From a bacterium (lineage in GTDB: Bacteria > DRYD01), in assembly GCA_039630415.1 (NCBI GenBank), contig JBCNVB010000029.1, forward strand, positions 1 to 32,117: 32,117 nt of DNA, given 5' to 3'. The position numbers were made by a program, and so were the translations under genes. The notes beneath the pieces are model-generated. The model was not told the origin of the DNA. It made no database searches and saw only the letters and a program-made list of their open reading frames with translations. Of the stretch, positions 29,892 through 32,117 are shown piece by piece. Positions within the stretch are counted from its first letter, which is position 1. The number at the start of each line of letters is the position of its first letter.

Positions 29892-30596
29892 CTATTTGCT
29901 ACTTCTAGAGATGAAATCTATTACTTTTTCAACCAATTTTTTTTCATATAATGCACCTTCAATATATCCTTCAGAAAAAACATTTGGTCCAATTAGTGTG
30001 ATAACCGTCTTAGGAACCCCAATAACTGAATATTTCTGAGCATACTCAGGAAACTCAGCAACATCTATTATAGACAACCTTATATTTTTACATAATGAAG
30101 CAAATGCGGAACAGTTAATTGCCATTATGGAACAATACGGACAATTTGGAGTTTCTAAAACTTTCATATGTAAAGTAAAGGAATTCTTTTCCAGCAAACT
30201 TTCAACAGATTTTATCAGATCTATGGTACTAGAGTCAAAATGATATTTATTATTTGCTACCGCACTTATATATGAAAGTAACCAAGTAAATTCATAACCT
30301 ACTGGTATACCAACAAATTTGACATTTTCAGAATTAGGATTGTTAGCTGACTTAACAAGTATAACTGGTAAATCTTTACCAATATCATACTTTTTAGAAT
30401 ATTCCTCATCCAGTACAGGATTATATATTGTTAACTTTAATCTAGGTACTATTTCTATTAGTTCCTTTAGAAGCTGTTCTGTTTCTTGGCAATATTGACA
30501 TCCTATTTTTTGAGAAAAAAGAATAAGTTCTACATCATTCTGTAAATTACCAAGTTGATTTTGTATTTCAATCTTATCCTTCTCACTTATAAACAT
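29892..30596 (-). CDS. Protein-disulfide oxidoreductase with two thioredoxin folds (PDO / AhpF N-terminal-like)
   Basis: CQYC and CPYC motifs, GIPVGYEF, VIGVPKTVI, EGA. Confidence 0.9.
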   Translation of the reverse strand: MFISEKDKIEIQNQLGNLQNDVELILFSQKIGCQYCQETEQLLKELIEIVPRLKLTIYNPVLDEEYSKKYDIGKDLPVILVKSANNPNSENVKFVGIPVGYEFTWLLSYISAVANNKYHFDSSTIDLIKSVESLLEKNSFTLHMKVLETPNCPYCSIMAINCSAFASLCKNIRLSIIDVAEFPEYAQKYSVIGVPKTVITLIGPNVFSEGYIEGALYEKKLVEKVIDFISRSSK

Positions 30597-30608
30597 TTTT
30601 GCTCCCCC

Positions 30609-31583
30609 CTAAAATCTCCATATTACGTTTGCCCATGTTAGACCTGCTCCAAACGCTGAAAATAAAATTAAATCATTTTTTTGTATTATTCCACTATGAT
30701 AAGCTTCATAAAAAGCAATAGGTACTGAAGCAGCGGAAGTATTGGCAAACCTTTCAATATTATTAAAAACTTTATCATTAGATATTCCCAAGCTTTCCCT
30801 TATAGCTTCAATAATCCTAATATTTGCCTGATGAAAGATATATAGCTTAATATCATTGGGTGATAATCCATTTCTTGAAAGCAACTTTTTTATCTCTTGA
30901 GGAATTAATGAAACAACTGTCTTGAATACTTCTCTGCCTTGCATTTTGAGATATATTCTTCTTCGTTCTATTGATCTTTGATTGAAAGGTTCTTTAGTTC
31001 CCCCAGAGGGGATATATATCAGTTCGGCTTTGTTACCATCTGTACCTACATTTACATCAACTATTCCTTTTTTTTGATTCGAAGATCTAGATAATACAAA
31101 AGCTCCTGCTCCATCCCCCAGTAAAATAGAAACTGTTCTATCTGTCCAATCAAGATATTTAGATATTGCCTCTGATCCTACAAGTAAAATATTCTCAGCC
31201 AACCCACACCTTATTAAACTTGATGAAACTATTAAAGCATATACAAAGGCTGTGCAACCGGAAAAAACATCTATACTACCAGCATCTATACCCAATTTTC
31301 CTTGAAGTACTGAAGAAGTAGCAGGAATAATGTAATCCGGAGAATTAGTAGCTAAAATAATATAATCAATCCTATTTACATTTGCATTTTCAAGTGCTTG
31401 ACGGGCTGCAATATAAGCTAGATCAGAAGTAGAAGTTCCATCATCAACAATATACCTACTCTTTATACCCGTGCGCTGGTATATCCACTCATCAGTAGTA
31501 TCCATCATCTTTTCTAGTTCAAAGTTAGTAACTTTCCTGGGAGGAACATATATTCCCAATCCTTTTATTTCAACACCGTACAT
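30609..31583 (-). CDS. fabH: Beta-ketoacyl-ACP synthase III
   Basis: DTTDEWIYQRTGI, SGCTAF (Cys), GDGAGA, HQANIRII, NTSAASVP, FGAGLTW. Confidence 0.96.
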   Translation of the reverse strand: MYGVEIKGLGIYVPPRKVTNFELEKMMDTTDEWIYQRTGIKSRYIVDDGTSTSDLAYIAARQALENANVNRIDYIILATNSPDYIIPATSSVLQGKLGIDAGSIDVFSGCTAFVYALIVSSSLIRCGLAENILLVGSEAISKYLDWTDRTVSILLGDGAGAFVLSRSSNQKKGIVDVNVGTDGNKAELIYIPSGGTKEPFNQRSIERRRIYLKMQGREVFKTVVSLIPQEIKKLLSRNGLSPNDIKLYIFHQANIRIIEAIRESLGISNDKVFNNIERFANTSAASVPIAFYEAYHSGIIQKNDLILFSAFGAGLTWANVIWRF

Positions 31584-31594
31584 ATAAGAAAATG

Positions 31595-32117
31595 TTAGAA
31601 GAAATAATTTTTAAAAAATTCCCATACTTTTTGAATTGCATTTTTTGAAGTGGTGTTTCCTATAGCTCTTAGAGCTGGATACTTGTTCCTTTTGTATTCT
31701 TCTCTTATTTTAAAACTGAAGTGTTCCACCATTCCAAACAAATTAGTTAGCTGATAATCAGAAAATTTTTCTTCTGGTAAATCAGGAAAAGAAAACTTGG
31801 TTTCGAAAATATTCGAAAAAACCTTATTTATTCCTTTAATCTTAGCTCCGCCACCTACAAGTATGAAATTTGAAATAAGACTAAGATTAAAAACATTAGA
31901 TACTGCTGATTTTATTAACTTAGCCATTTCTTCTAATCGGGGATAAATAACAGTATCTATCAGATCATTTTTATGTACTTTTTCTTTTGTTAAAGATTTT
32001 GAAGAGAAAATTGGTGTATATGAAATATACTCTTCCTGCCTATTTTGTATATCTCCAATGTTTTCTAAGATACTCTCCGCTTCCTTCATATCTGTTCCGA
32101 GAGAAAAAGATATATAT
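31595..32117 (-). CDS. ftsA: C-terminal part of a cell-division protein FtsA-like actin-fold ATPase (runs off the right edge)
   Basis: The frame is open to the window end (YISFSLGTDMKEAESI…); IYPRLEEMAKLIK and ILVGGGAKIKG match the FtsA C-terminus. Confidence 0.7.
   Translation of the reverse strand, partial: YISFSLGTDMKEAESILENIGDIQNRQEEYISYTPIFSSKSLTKEKVHKNDLIDTVIYPRLEEMAKLIKSAVSNVFNLSLISNFILVGGGAKIKGINKVFSNIFETKFSFPDLPEEKFSDYQLTNLFGMVEHFSFKIREEYKRNKYPALRAIGNTTSKNAIQKVWEFFKNYFF

Overview
Very AT-rich bacterial chromosomal window with GGAGG/GGTGA-type ribosome-binding sites. An archaeal-type protein-disulfide oxidoreductase and an ATP synthase c subunit with a leader peptide hint at a thermophile, but this is inference. 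1-7.1 kb is a decaying anti-phage defence island. It contains the 3' end of an RxxxxH (HEPN-motif) gene, a truncated OLD/AAA_15-type ATPase, an unknown 200-aa gene that resembles a phage tail-tube protein by eye, a Zn-ribbon + NDT/TIR-like gene broken by one in-frame TAA, a ~1170-aa type IIG (Eco57I-like) restriction-modification gene broken by two +1 frameshifts, and an AAA-ATPase-like remnant. 7.1-14.3 kb holds a delta-60-repeat lipoprotein, an OFA-family MFS transporter and several lineage-specific or exported hypothetical proteins. 14.4-32.1 kb is mostly intact housekeeping in unusually shuffled operons: tRNA-Asp-infA; iscA-like-atpBEFH-rplQ-PGM/PMM-rapZ-sugar permease; dnaJ-like-hspR; rplY-hypothetical-HEPN-phosphodiester glycosidase; a CPA2 antiporter; hutU-sufU-pilin-like; hsp20; and ftsA(partial)-fabH-PDO. 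No CRISPR array, rRNA, integrase or transposase was seen. All calls come from reading motifs by eye; no database search was run.
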